DNA of 64,000 nt from Nanobdellota archaeon (lineage in GTDB: Archaea > Nanobdellota > Nanobdellia > Parvarchaeales > Parvarchaeaceae), in assembly GCA_021791655.1 (NCBI GenBank), contig JAJYWD010000001.1, positions 32,655-96,654 on the forward strand, written 5' to 3'. The position numbers and the translations under genes are program-made. Positions 40,824 through 49,406 of the stretch are shown piece by piece; positions within the stretch are counted from its first letter, which is position 1, and every line of letters begins with the position of its first letter. The notes under the pieces were generated by a model. That model saw only the letters and a program-made list of their open reading frames with translations. It had not been told where the DNA came from and did not search any database.

Positions 40824-40856
40824 TTTATATATAAGTTGTGCACCTTATATATAAGG
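40824..40856 (+). promoter_or_regulatory. BRE/TATA promoter of tfb with a duplicated TATA-like element
   Basis: AAATAGAAAGC-TTTATATA about 30 nt before ATG 40860; TTATATATAAG recurs 20 bp later. Confidence 0.45.
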
Positions 40857-40859
40857 TTT

Positions 40860-41783
40860 ATGAGAGTGATAACTAACAAGTCAAATACTATCTGCCCCTC
40901 TTGTAAGAGTGATTCTGTGCTTTATGATAAGACGACTGGAGAACAGATATGCCAGAAGTGCGGTTACGTTATAGAGAGCGACATGATAGACTACGGGAGG
41001 GAATGGCGCTCATTCGAAGATGAAAGGGATGAGGGTAAAGGTAGGATGGGTTCCCCGCTGAGCTATGCCAAGTACGACAAGGGTACGAGCACCGTAATAG
41101 GAAAAGCCAGTGAATCTATCAAACTATCAAATGTAAACAGACGCACGTTCTATAAGTTAAGGAAGTGGCAACCCCGGATATCGACCGCTTTTGAAAGGAA
41201 CCTAAAATTCGCGCTTACCGAGCTTAGACACGCGAGCAACCAGCTTCATGTGTCAAGCGTTATACAAGAAGAAGCGGCCAAGATGTATAGGGAAGCGATA
41301 AATCTGAGGCTCGTGAGGGGGAGATCTATGGAAAGTGTAATCGCTGGAGCCCTCTATGCGGCTGCAAGAAAGTATTCCCGGCCCATAACACTGGACGAGA
41401 TATCCGAGACGTTCGGCGTTGAAAGAAAAGAGGTTGGGAAGGCCTATAGACTTCTTTGCAGGGAACTAGGTATCAAAATACTTCCGACGTCACCGCACGA
41501 TTATGTTTACAAGATAGCTGCAACATTGAGCGTCTCCAATAGTACGGTATCCGACGCAATCAGCCTTCTTAAGGAAGCTGAGGGCAAGGGATTAACCAGC
41601 GGGAAGGGGCCTATAGGTATCGCCGCCGCGGTCATATACATCGGTACACTGATAAATTCGGAAAAGAAAACGCAGCGCGATGTAGCGAAAGCCGCTGGTA
41701 TAACAGAAGTAACCATACGCAACAGGTACAAGGAACTTTACGACGCTTTACATCTGAAGGACCGATACAAAATCGAAGAGTAA
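40860..41783 (+). CDS. tfb: Transcription initiation factor TFB
   Basis: CPSC..CQKC Zn ribbon, EWRSF, ERNL..A..EL, RGRS.E and GITEVTIRNRYKEL. Confidence 0.97.
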   Translation: MRVITNKSNTICPSCKSDSVLYDKTTGEQICQKCGYVIESDMIDYGREWRSFEDERDEGKGRMGSPLSYAKYDKGTSTVIGKASESIKLSNVNRRTFYKLRKWQPRISTAFERNLKFALTELRHASNQLHVSSVIQEEAAKMYREAINLRLVRGRSMESVIAGALYAAARKYSRPITLDEISETFGVERKEVGKAYRLLCRELGIKILPTSPHDYVYKIAATLSVSNSTVSDAISLLKEAEGKGLTSGKGPIGIAAAVIYIGTLINSEKKTQRDVAKAAGITEVTIRNRYKELYDALHLKDRYKIEE

Positions 41784-41798
41784 GACTTAAAGGTGCAT

Positions 41799-42866
41799 AT
41801 GCGCCGAAATGTGGAATTGTTTCAAGAAGGCGCAGTGAGGTTTTTTGCTCAAAATAAGCAGACGCGCAGCTCTGAGGTGTTTTTTAACCCTACAAGGAAA
41901 TTCGACAGGGATTTGAACGTTTCAATTTTTAATTGCTTAGGTAAGAAGAAATTGGTAGGACTCGATCTGCTCGCGGCCAGCGGGGTAAGAGGTTTGCGGC
42001 TTGCAGTTGAAACAAACGCATTTAGGAAGATTATTATTAATGACATCAAAACAACTGAAATAATAAAAAAGAACATAAAATTAAACAGTCGCTCTCTTAA
42101 TTCTCGTGTATCAGCAACCGATTTAAACGCTCTTTATTTGGGCAGGTTAGAGGAAAAGCTAGATTACATCGATATAGATCCGTTTGGATCTCCCGTAAGG
42201 TACTTACCTTTTATTATAAGCAAAGTGAGGACTGGCGGCATAGTCTCCATAACGTCTACCGATACCGCGGCCCTTTTCGGCAAGGCTAGAAAAGCATGCT
42301 TGCTGCGATACAGTGCAGTTTCTTTTAAGACAGGCTATTACAATGAACTTGGTTTGCGTATACTCATAAAAAGAAGCGAAGAAATCGCTAATGTGTACGA
42401 ACGTTCCGTATCCCCCTTGCTTTTTGACGTTAGACAGCATTATGTGCGTGCCTATCTTAAAGTAACTAGCCCGGTATTGAGCGATTCCAGAATAGGGTTT
42501 CTTTACCAGTGCAGAAGATGCCCGTACAGAACAATAAGCGAGGTCGCTGTTTGCCCGCACTGTGGTGGCAGTACTATAAGACTCGGCCCCATCTGGTTGG
42601 GCAAATTGTTTGACAGGGCTCTAGTAACGGCTATCGCTAGCGGATGCTCTAATGGGACTGTAAGGGAATATCTTTACGCATTGAGTGCCGAGAGTTACAC
42701 TCTATCCTACTACACTACGCCCGAAATTGCCTCGTTTTTCAAGTTACGAGAAGTGGGCCCGCTTAAATTGGGTTTGAGAACGGTATTCAATCCAAAGGGT
42801 TTCAGAACAGACAATAGTCTCGAAGAAATTCAAATAGCCCTTCTTAAAGAAAATGCGAACGGCTAA
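41799..42866 (+). CDS. trm1: tRNA (guanine-26-N2)-dimethyltransferase
   Basis: VFFNP....DRD, AASGVRGLR, IDIDPFGSP, T.TDTA.L.G, ELGLRIL, HYVR and GP.WLG.L. Confidence 0.93.
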   Translation: MRRNVELFQEGAVRFFAQNKQTRSSEVFFNPTRKFDRDLNVSIFNCLGKKKLVGLDLLAASGVRGLRLAVETNAFRKIIINDIKTTEIIKKNIKLNSRSLNSRVSATDLNALYLGRLEEKLDYIDIDPFGSPVRYLPFIISKVRTGGIVSITSTDTAALFGKARKACLLRYSAVSFKTGYYNELGLRILIKRSEEIANVYERSVSPLLFDVRQHYVRAYLKVTSPVLSDSRIGFLYQCRRCPYRTISEVAVCPHCGGSTIRLGPIWLGKLFDRALVTAIASGCSNGTVREYLYALSAESYTLSYYTTPEIASFFKLREVGPLKLGLRTVFNPKGFRTDNSLEEIQIALLKENANG

Positions 42867-43144
42867 GTGTTCTTCTTTGTGGCTACTACGGCTAGATTTA
42901 TTTCCTTATTTATGGCCTGGCCTGGCAGACCTCTCCGGAATCTGACAACGACGCGGCCAGAATCCCCGTGTGGATGCATAACCACTCCTATTATGTAGGC
43001 TTTTGAGAACTTTATCTGTACCTTTTTACCGGTGTACTCCTTTGCTTTATCCCTGTCGTTAACACCGTCGATTTTGACTATTACTTGATTTACTCTCTGT
43101 GTCTTCCTCCCGCGCCTAAACGATACTATCTTCATCATAGTCAC
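42863..43144 (-). CDS. rpl35ae: 50S ribosomal protein eL33 (L35Ae)
   Basis: SFRRG...Q..NQVI....GV..R..A....GK and HG.SG.V..RF...LPGQA. Confidence 0.92.
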   Translation of the reverse strand: MTMMKIVSFRRGRKTQRVNQVIVKIDGVNDRDKAKEYTGKKVQIKFSKAYIIGVVMHPHGDSGRVVVRFRRGLPGQAINKEINLAVVATKKNT

Positions 43145-44217
43145 TGCTTGGGCTGATAGTTGCCCTTTTGTTCCGTGGCTTTCAGAGACTCCTTGTCTAT
43201 TATCGGGTGAGGCGCACCTTTCTTTTCTCGCTCTTTGTCAAGGACTTTCATTATCTTATCAACCACTTCCTTTGCTTCGGTATACTTCTTGTGGAATTCC
43301 TCACCGTTGACTCTCTTTATTTCTCCGTGCTCGATGCTTTTGTACCACTTTATAACATCGTCCGCTTTGGTTACGTCCTCCTTTGTTAGTAGCTTTTCTT
43401 TTTCAACTGCAGCGGCCAGCAATCCGTTCGTTGTCTCTTTTGGAACCGGTGGCAAGTATCCCAATTCCATAAGGAGGGCCTGCCCAGCAGCAACAACCGA
43501 ATCGAAAAGATCACGGGATAGCTTAGTAGACATTGTGTCTTCAGCCCACACAAGGAACGCCTCTGCGCTGCTCATGTTGCTGTCTATAGTCTCTCTGGTC
43601 GGTATAATACCACCGGCTTTGTAAAGCATTTGTATCGGTACGAAGTATCCCGTATCGTAGACTGCTACCCCGTCACGAAGCAGGGTCAGTATGACGGGAT
43701 TGGGCTTTATTATCGATGCCCAGAACTCTGCTAGAGGGTAAGTCTGAGCGTGTATCTTGTCCGAAAAATCCTTTGCTATCTCCGCCATTTTTACGAACAG
43801 CCTCTCTTTCAGCTGTTCGAGTGTGAATCTCTTTATATCGGTATCATCCACTATAAAAGCCACGTCTATATCGGACGAAGAAGTCATCCCAGTCTTTGTC
43901 TTCGAGCTTCCGAACACAACTATCGATTTTATGTATTTCCTGAAAAGACTGAGTACGCGCAGAAAATACGCCCTTAAGCTGTTGGCATCTTTCGCGCCCA
44001 AAACCTTGTTTAGGATGTCAAATGATACACCTGCAAGTTGTCCCGGTGGCTCGACATGTTCCGTCTGTTCTTCATCCCCGACATCAAGCCCGACAAAAGA
44101 GCCCATATAGTCAACTCTTTCATTGAGTTCATCGATCTTTGCGGACAACAGCTCTATAGTCGAGAACAACTTGTTTAATGCGGCTTCTGCAGGATTAACG
44201 TTTTGCGTCTGATTCAT
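43141..44217 (-). CDS. Minimal nucleotidyltransferase (MNT) fused to a HEPN-like helical domain
   Basis: IVVFGS........SDIDV..IVDD nucleotidyltransferase motif, G...YD.G, helical C-terminus with YK.IEHG. Confidence 0.75.
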   Translation of the reverse strand: MNQTQNVNPAEAALNKLFSTIELLSAKIDELNERVDYMGSFVGLDVGDEEQTEHVEPPGQLAGVSFDILNKVLGAKDANSLRAYFLRVLSLFRKYIKSIVVFGSSKTKTGMTSSSDIDVAFIVDDTDIKRFTLEQLKERLFVKMAEIAKDFSDKIHAQTYPLAEFWASIIKPNPVILTLLRDGVAVYDTGYFVPIQMLYKAGGIIPTRETIDSNMSSAEAFLVWAEDTMSTKLSRDLFDSVVAAGQALLMELGYLPPVPKETTNGLLAAAVEKEKLLTKEDVTKADDVIKWYKSIEHGEIKRVNGEEFHKKYTEAKEVVDKIMKVLDKEREKKGAPHPIIDKESLKATEQKGNYQPKQ

Positions 44218-44327
44218 ATTATCATACCCCCGTATCTGATTATTATTGTATTGGCTTATATAAACGTTTTCCAGTTATTTGCTTTCTCGATGTAGCAATA
44301 TAAATAGAGTCCTTCATAATTAGTAGT

Positions 44328-46061
44328 ATGAACAAGAGAGAACTGGAGGAGTACTCGAAACTTATAGGAGACAAGCCGGGTGACTGGCTAAAGGAGCTAA
44401 GAAAGAGAGCCTCCACTCTAGATGCTCATTACAGCGGAAAGTTGAATGAATTCCGGTTTGCGGGGGGGAAAGAAGTTGCACCGACCGGGCTTTTGGGCAA
44501 TCCTAACGGCTTCTTCATGAGTAAGGATGTTCTTAAGCGACATCAGTTCCTTGGGGAATACATGTCATTTATACAGGAACTCAGCGCATTCGGCTATACT
44601 GATCGATTGAAAGAAATGGAAATCATAGATCCCAGTGCGATGTCAAATATGTTTACAATGATATTTGATAAGCGCAAGAACCTGGAAGACAGAACCATGC
44701 AGCTTTTGGGCAGCATAAATCAGGTTTTGAAGAGTGTAATCTCAATAATATACGAATTGAAGGAATTGGACAGGAACGTGTCCTTCTATGAAAAAGCTAA
44801 GGTTAAGGCCGACCCAAAGACCGCTGAGGCGGGCGAGCTTGGATTGAAGAGGATATTCATAGACAATGTTGACTCGAGAAAGCGCGAGGCCAGTCTTTTG
44901 TCCCTTTCGCGAGCGCCTTCCCAAGGGGGTGGCGGAGGCGGCGGATATATCGATATAGTGTCGGTCTTTTATTCTATAAAGAAACTTTCCGACATAGAAA
45001 CGCTCAACAGGAACGAGCAGTACAAGAACGTGTTGAAGAATAGATTCCTGGAATATGAGGACTGGAAGAAGCTGAGCGAAAAAGACCTCAAAACTAGAAG
45101 AGAAATGCTGTTGCAGTATCTTAAAAGTCAAAACGCTTCTTTCGAAATGTATCTGCAGTGGGCTTATCAGTACATGACGATACTTAAACGCATAAATCTA
45201 AAATCCTCAGGTATGAATGCAGGAAGCGCTGCCAGTGCTTATACAAACGCTTCTACCAATCTAGACGTTTCCGAATTCGCAGCCTTCACAGTAAACTTAG
45301 TAGCCGGCAAGCAGATTTTAATGAAGGAATACGACGTCTCATGGGAAAAGGCATTTGGAAACGCAGGTCCATTGATACCTGTGGCTGCTTCGCCAAAGTC
45401 ATCCTCTGTCACACTGGAAACCCGCGGAGGTAAGTTAAGTGAAAGAAGATTCATGTACGACAGAATAAAACAGTATGGTCCAAAAGTCATAGCAGCTATA
45501 GAGGCAGAATTTAAGTTTAAGGAAAAACCTTTCTTTTCTGAGCAGATGCCGCAGACCCCAATGCAGTACGAGGGCGCTCTGGACATAAGGCTTAATCCGT
45601 ATTGTTTTTCCTTGGATGAATGGTACCTGTTTAAAAAAGCGATACAGACGCAGGTGCAGAGTAGCGTCTTCAGCGGACTTGACAGCGTTTTGGTCACTTC
45701 CCTTAAACCTATGAAAGACGATCTGGACAAGTACATAAAAGAGGCAGAGAACCTTAATAAGCCCTCGGAAAAGGCGACACCTTCATTTGCCTTTTTAGAC
45801 ATATTCCAATCCTTCAGAGAGGATCTTCGTGGCATAACCAGCGAATTGTCTTCTGCGAAAGGCAGCAGTTCCGGTAAACGCGCGTCTGATTCACCAGAGA
45901 TGTATGAAATTGCCGTTAATAATCGATTGAATCGCTCCCTTCACAGGGATGCGCTGGCCCTGGGCACTTTCGTCGTCAACGAGGACGTGTCGTTGATATA
46001 CGAAGAAGCAAAGAGAAGATCGAAGTTGCTCAATAGTTTGGACCACACGGACATATTTTGA
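44328..46061 (+). CDS. Large soluble alpha-helical protein of unknown function (577 aa)
   Basis: Long ORF with no TM or signal peptide; TATAAATA at 44299-44306; coiled-coil-like segments and a poly-Gly loop. Confidence 0.85.
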   Translation: MNKRELEEYSKLIGDKPGDWLKELRKRASTLDAHYSGKLNEFRFAGGKEVAPTGLLGNPNGFFMSKDVLKRHQFLGEYMSFIQELSAFGYTDRLKEMEIIDPSAMSNMFTMIFDKRKNLEDRTMQLLGSINQVLKSVISIIYELKELDRNVSFYEKAKVKADPKTAEAGELGLKRIFIDNVDSRKREASLLSLSRAPSQGGGGGGGYIDIVSVFYSIKKLSDIETLNRNEQYKNVLKNRFLEYEDWKKLSEKDLKTRREMLLQYLKSQNASFEMYLQWAYQYMTILKRINLKSSGMNAGSAASAYTNASTNLDVSEFAAFTVNLVAGKQILMKEYDVSWEKAFGNAGPLIPVAASPKSSSVTLETRGGKLSERRFMYDRIKQYGPKVIAAIEAEFKFKEKPFFSEQMPQTPMQYEGALDIRLNPYCFSLDEWYLFKKAIQTQVQSSVFSGLDSVLVTSLKPMKDDLDKYIKEAENLNKPSEKATPSFAFLDIFQSFREDLRGITSELSSAKGSSSGKRASDSPEMYEIAVNNRLNRSLHRDALALGTFVVNEDVSLIYEEAKRRSKLLNSLDHTDIF

Positions 46062-46066
46062 GAGAT

Positions 46067-46237
46067 ATGCACAGCAAAGGACAAATGCCGGTAACAGAGG
46101 TTGTATCCATAATACTTGCCATAATAGTGTTTGTGGTCGGCGTAATAATCGCACTGTATCTCTCGCACACGGGAACCAATTTAGGGGCGGAGATAATGAA
46201 AGCACTCTCCTTTAGCTGGCTTTTTGGTGGTTTATGA
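46067..46237 (+). CDS. Micro-pilin 1 (56 aa, class III signal peptide)
   Basis: MHSKG|QMPVTEVVSIILAIIVFVVGVIIALYLSHTGTNLGAEIMKALSFSWLFGGL; starts 5 nt after the upstream stop; absent from the ORF track. Confidence 0.8.
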   Translation: MHSKGQMPVTEVVSIILAIIVFVVGVIIALYLSHTGTNLGAEIMKALSFSWLFGGL

Positions 46238-46413
46238 ATACCAGGGCTTCGGTCCCCGGGACTGTAATGGTTTATATAATCTTACTTATCGCGGGTATGA
46301 TAATTCTTATAATACTTTTCCAGTTGTTCACACCGTACAAGATAACTTCGCTGCTGGACGGACTTTTTAACTCCAGTGGCAAATTCACCAATAGTTCTGG
46401 GAGGCTGACATAG
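46234..46413 (+). CDS. Micro-pilin 2 (59 aa, class III-like signal peptide)
   Basis: MNTRA|SVPGTVMVYIILLIAGMIILIILFQLFTPYKITSLLDGLFNSSGKFTNSSGRLT; ATGA overlap with micro-pilin 1. Confidence 0.75.
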   Translation: MNTRASVPGTVMVYIILLIAGMIILIILFQLFTPYKITSLLDGLFNSSGKFTNSSGRLT

Positions 46414-46418
46414 ATAGC

Positions 46419-46571
46419 ATGTATAAACGGGGCGTCACCGATTTTGTCTGGATGCTTATAATAATCCTGATAATAAGTCTGGTAATAATATTGGTATATC
46501 TGCTTGTTTTCTCACCTTCGTTCTTGCTCGGCATACTGCCGCACGCGCCGTCAACGTCATCTGGCTATTGA
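46419..46571 (+). CDS. Micro-pilin 3 (50 aa, class III signal peptide)
   Basis: MYKRG|VTDFVWMLIIILIISLVIILVYLLVFSPSFLLGILPHAPSTSSGY; 5 nt after the previous stop. Confidence 0.8.
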   Translation: MYKRGVTDFVWMLIIILIISLVIILVYLLVFSPSFLLGILPHAPSTSSGY

Positions 46572-46572
46572 T

Positions 46573-46758
46573 ATGCTAACGCAAAAAAAGGGTGTGTTAG
46601 AGGCTTCTTTGTTCTATATAATCGCGATAATACTTGGTATAGTTCTTATAATAGTTTTCGTTTTGATTGCCGGTCCTAATCGTATCCTAGCCGCGATAAC
46701 GCAAGCCATCTCTGGTTTTGCCGGAACGATTTTTGGCGGACTCAACAGTACAATATGA
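46573..46758 (+). CDS. Micro-pilin 4 (61 aa, class III signal peptide)
   Basis: MLTQKKG|VLEASLFYIIAIILGIVLIIVFVLIAGPNRILAAITQAISGFAGTIFGGLNSTI; ATG 1 nt after the previous stop. Confidence 0.82.
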   Translation: MLTQKKGVLEASLFYIIAIILGIVLIIVFVLIAGPNRILAAITQAISGFAGTIFGGLNSTI

Positions 46759-46880
46759 GCCTGTTCTTCATGGATTCCTTGTCTCCATTTAAAAAGAACT
46801 CGCCGGTAAAATTTATTTATAAGAGCGTTTACATCTAAAAATGTGTAGGGGGAAAAGAGAAACAAAATTGATTTTAGTTT

Positions 46881-47459
46881 ATGCTTACCTATAACGATTT
46901 CATAAGGATAAGACGTAGCGAGCAAGAGGACAGTCGCGTCATAACCGACTTAACCGATAAACTAATCGAGGATATGAAGGATTACATCGCTTTAAGTAAA
47001 AGTGTTCTTGAGGAGGCTAAGAAAAACAGGGACGATAAGCGCGTCGAGGAAGTCTCAGCCCAGACAAAGAACGTAGTAAACTCGCTGACACAGATAATAA
47101 ACTTCCGCCTTATAAAGTTCGCGCAGATAGCAATATTCGGTTCTCCAATAGAACAGATGCGCCAGAAGATGTCCTCAAGCGAGCTGATATTTTTTGATAG
47201 TTTGCAGAATCTGATAAACGAGCACAAGAAGAGAGTGATAGGAGAAATAACGGACGTGACGCCCCGCGCGCCCGTTATGCAAGAGCAACCAGATGAAGAG
47301 AGTGCGGATAAGGTTGTCGTAAAGATAATAACTAACGTGCCACGTTTTGTCTGGAAAAATGATAAGTCATACGGCCCATTTTCTTTTCCGAGCGTCGTTG
47401 AGCTGGACAGGGACGTGGCTGATATTCTTATAAGGAGCGGAAAAGCCCAGAGTGCATAA
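46881..47459 (+). CDS. GINS complex subunit (Gins51/15-like)
   Basis: TY..L....R.E helical A domain, I...R..K, and C-terminal B domain VP.FV......YGPF....V.L....A..LI..G.A. Confidence 0.85.
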   Translation: MLTYNDFIRIRRSEQEDSRVITDLTDKLIEDMKDYIALSKSVLEEAKKNRDDKRVEEVSAQTKNVVNSLTQIINFRLIKFAQIAIFGSPIEQMRQKMSSSELIFFDSLQNLINEHKKRVIGEITDVTPRAPVMQEQPDEESADKVVVKIITNVPRFVWKNDKSYGPFSFPSVVELDRDVADILIRSGKAQSA

Positions 47460-48985
47460 TGTTCCTTGACAGATCTAAAATAGAAGAGCGTACGTATCAA
47501 ACCTCTATATTTGAGAATACTAAGGATAAAAACTCTCTAATAGTTCTACCAACGGGACTGGGTAAGACGATAATCTCTGCCATGCTTATAGATTACAGAC
47601 TGTCTGAGTTTCCCGGCTCTAGGGCACTGTTTCTTGCGCCCACTAAACCGCTGCTAAACCAGCACGGAAAGACGCTTTCAAGGCTGATGAACTTGAAGCT
47701 TGCAGTTGTGAGTGGCTCAGTCAGCAAGGCCGAGAGAGGGGGGACGTATAAAGATAACGACCTGATACTTGCGACGCCACAGACGATAGAGAATGACATT
47801 GCTTCCGATTTGATTGATTTGTCTGCATTCAGCATAATAATAGTCGATGAAGCGCATCATTCCATAGGCAACTACGCATACGTCAAGGTAGCGGATGAAT
47901 TCCTTCGCAGGTCCTCGAAACCTAACATAATCGGGTTGACGGCTTCTCCAGCCTCCGACCAAGGTAAGATAATGGAAATCTGCAAGAATCTGCACATATC
48001 AACAGTTGAAATACGCGGAGAGGATGACTCGGATGTGTCCCCATACATAAAGACAAAGATAGTACAGGAAGAACGGATTGAACTGCCGAAGGAAATAAAA
48101 AGTATAATCGCAGAAATAAAAGGGATAATCGCTGACCAAGTGACTGCGCTGAAGGGCGTAGGTATATTGGCGGAGGTCCCAGCCAGCAGGATAAACCGCG
48201 TGACTATCCTGAAAGTTCAGAACGGTCTAATAAAACGTCTTAGATCCGACAGGAAATCGTGGTACGCCATCCGCGGCATAATAATAACGTCTAAGATACT
48301 AAAACTGTACCACGCACTGAATCTTGTATCTACCCAGAGCGTAGAAGCCTTTTATTTATTCTTATCCCGGCTCATGGCTGGGAAAGCAAAATCCGATAAG
48401 GAGCTTGCGAAGTCCGAGGCCGTCGCACACGTAATCGAGTCCGCTAGGGCACTCTTGGACAACGGAGAAGAGACTCCCAAGATAGAAAGGCTTAAGGAGA
48501 TACTGCAAAAGTCCGTAACCAAGGATAAACGTGCGATAGTTTTTACCCAGTACAGGGACAATGTTGATGTATTGTACAAGTATCTATCTAAGATGGATGG
48601 AATACGGCCCGCTAAGTTCATAGGCCAGGGCAGGAAAGGGCTCTCCCAGAAAAATCAATTGGAGATAATAAGGCAGTTTGAGGAAGGGACGATCAACGTT
48701 CTTATCTCCACCAGCGTTAGCGAGGAGGGCATTTCTATCAAAGGTGTTGATACCGCCGTATTCTATGAGACAGTATCCAGTGCTATAAGGATGATACAAA
48801 GAAAAGGGAGGGTTGGCCGATTTGATGTCGGGAAGATATACCTTTTAATAGCGGAAGACACCAATGACGAGGGTTATTTCTGGCTCTCTAAGAGAAGAGA
48901 GAAAGCAATGAGGAAAATAGTGTCAAAGATAAAGGACAATCCTTCTATGATAACCAACGACGGCACGCTCCGACCTTTCACTTAG
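47459..48985 (+). CDS. hef: Hef/FANCM-like DEAH helicase (no ERCC4 nuclease domain)
   Basis: E.R.YQ, LPTGLGKT, APTKPL..QH, DEAHH..GNYAY, GLTASP, F.GQ, TSV.EEG and IQRKGR.GR; ends at 508 aa. Confidence 0.9.
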   Translation: MFLDRSKIEERTYQTSIFENTKDKNSLIVLPTGLGKTIISAMLIDYRLSEFPGSRALFLAPTKPLLNQHGKTLSRLMNLKLAVVSGSVSKAERGGTYKDNDLILATPQTIENDIASDLIDLSAFSIIIVDEAHHSIGNYAYVKVADEFLRRSSKPNIIGLTASPASDQGKIMEICKNLHISTVEIRGEDDSDVSPYIKTKIVQEERIELPKEIKSIIAEIKGIIADQVTALKGVGILAEVPASRINRVTILKVQNGLIKRLRSDRKSWYAIRGIIITSKILKLYHALNLVSTQSVEAFYLFLSRLMAGKAKSDKELAKSEAVAHVIESARALLDNGEETPKIERLKEILQKSVTKDKRAIVFTQYRDNVDVLYKYLSKMDGIRPAKFIGQGRKGLSQKNQLEIIRQFEEGTINVLISTSVSEEGISIKGVDTAVFYETVSSAIRMIQRKGRVGRFDVGKIYLLIAEDTNDEGYFWLSKRREKAMRKIVSKIKDNPSMITNDGTLRPFT

Positions 48986-49406
48986 TTAGTATTACTTGGA
49001 ACTCACCACCAGGTCCATAGGAGCTTCCGCCGGTTGTATTGCATACGTAGCGCTCAGTTCCTGTAACCAACTCGGTAAAGCTAAGGCCCTTAAGTCCCGC
49101 CTCGTAGCTGCCTATTTTGCCAGAATTATTATAAAGCGAATATGTTAGTCCGGGACTTCCCTCCGAAGCATTTACCTGATAATAGCAGCTCTGTGTGTTG
49201 CAGCTTAGATTTGCCGCTGATATCTGGCAAGGCAACGGGCTGTTTCCTGAGGTCGGCGTGGTCTTTCCCAAGCCCGGTAACGATGCAATGAATGAATGAA
49301 ATATTATTATTATTGCAAATACGGCGAACGCTATGAGTATGATCAAGACGATTATCGTCTCTACAGCCGAAGCGCCGGCCTTATCGCCTAAGAAGTTTCT
49401 GCGCAT
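48978..49406 (-). CDS. Class III signal-peptide pilin-like protein (4 Cys)
   Basis: ...DKAG|ASAVETIIVLIILIAFAVFAIIII (Glu at +5) plus a small globular domain. Confidence 0.75.
   Translation of the reverse strand: MRRNFLGDKAGASAVETIIVLIILIAFAVFAIIIIFHSFIASLPGLGKTTPTSGNSPLPCQISAANLSCNTQSCYYQVNASEGSPGLTYSLYNNSGKIGSYEAGLKGLSFTELVTGTERYVCNTTGGSSYGPGGEFQVILTK

Noticed and set aside
45239..45835. Long antisense ORFs (also 46982-47500, 31080-31751, 58969-59457 and similar)
   Set aside because: They lie opposite or out of frame within well-supported genes and have no recognisable motifs.
46504..46572. Longer start for the 46504-46758 ORF
   Set aside because: It overlaps micro-pilin 3; ATG 46573 gives a clean class III leader.
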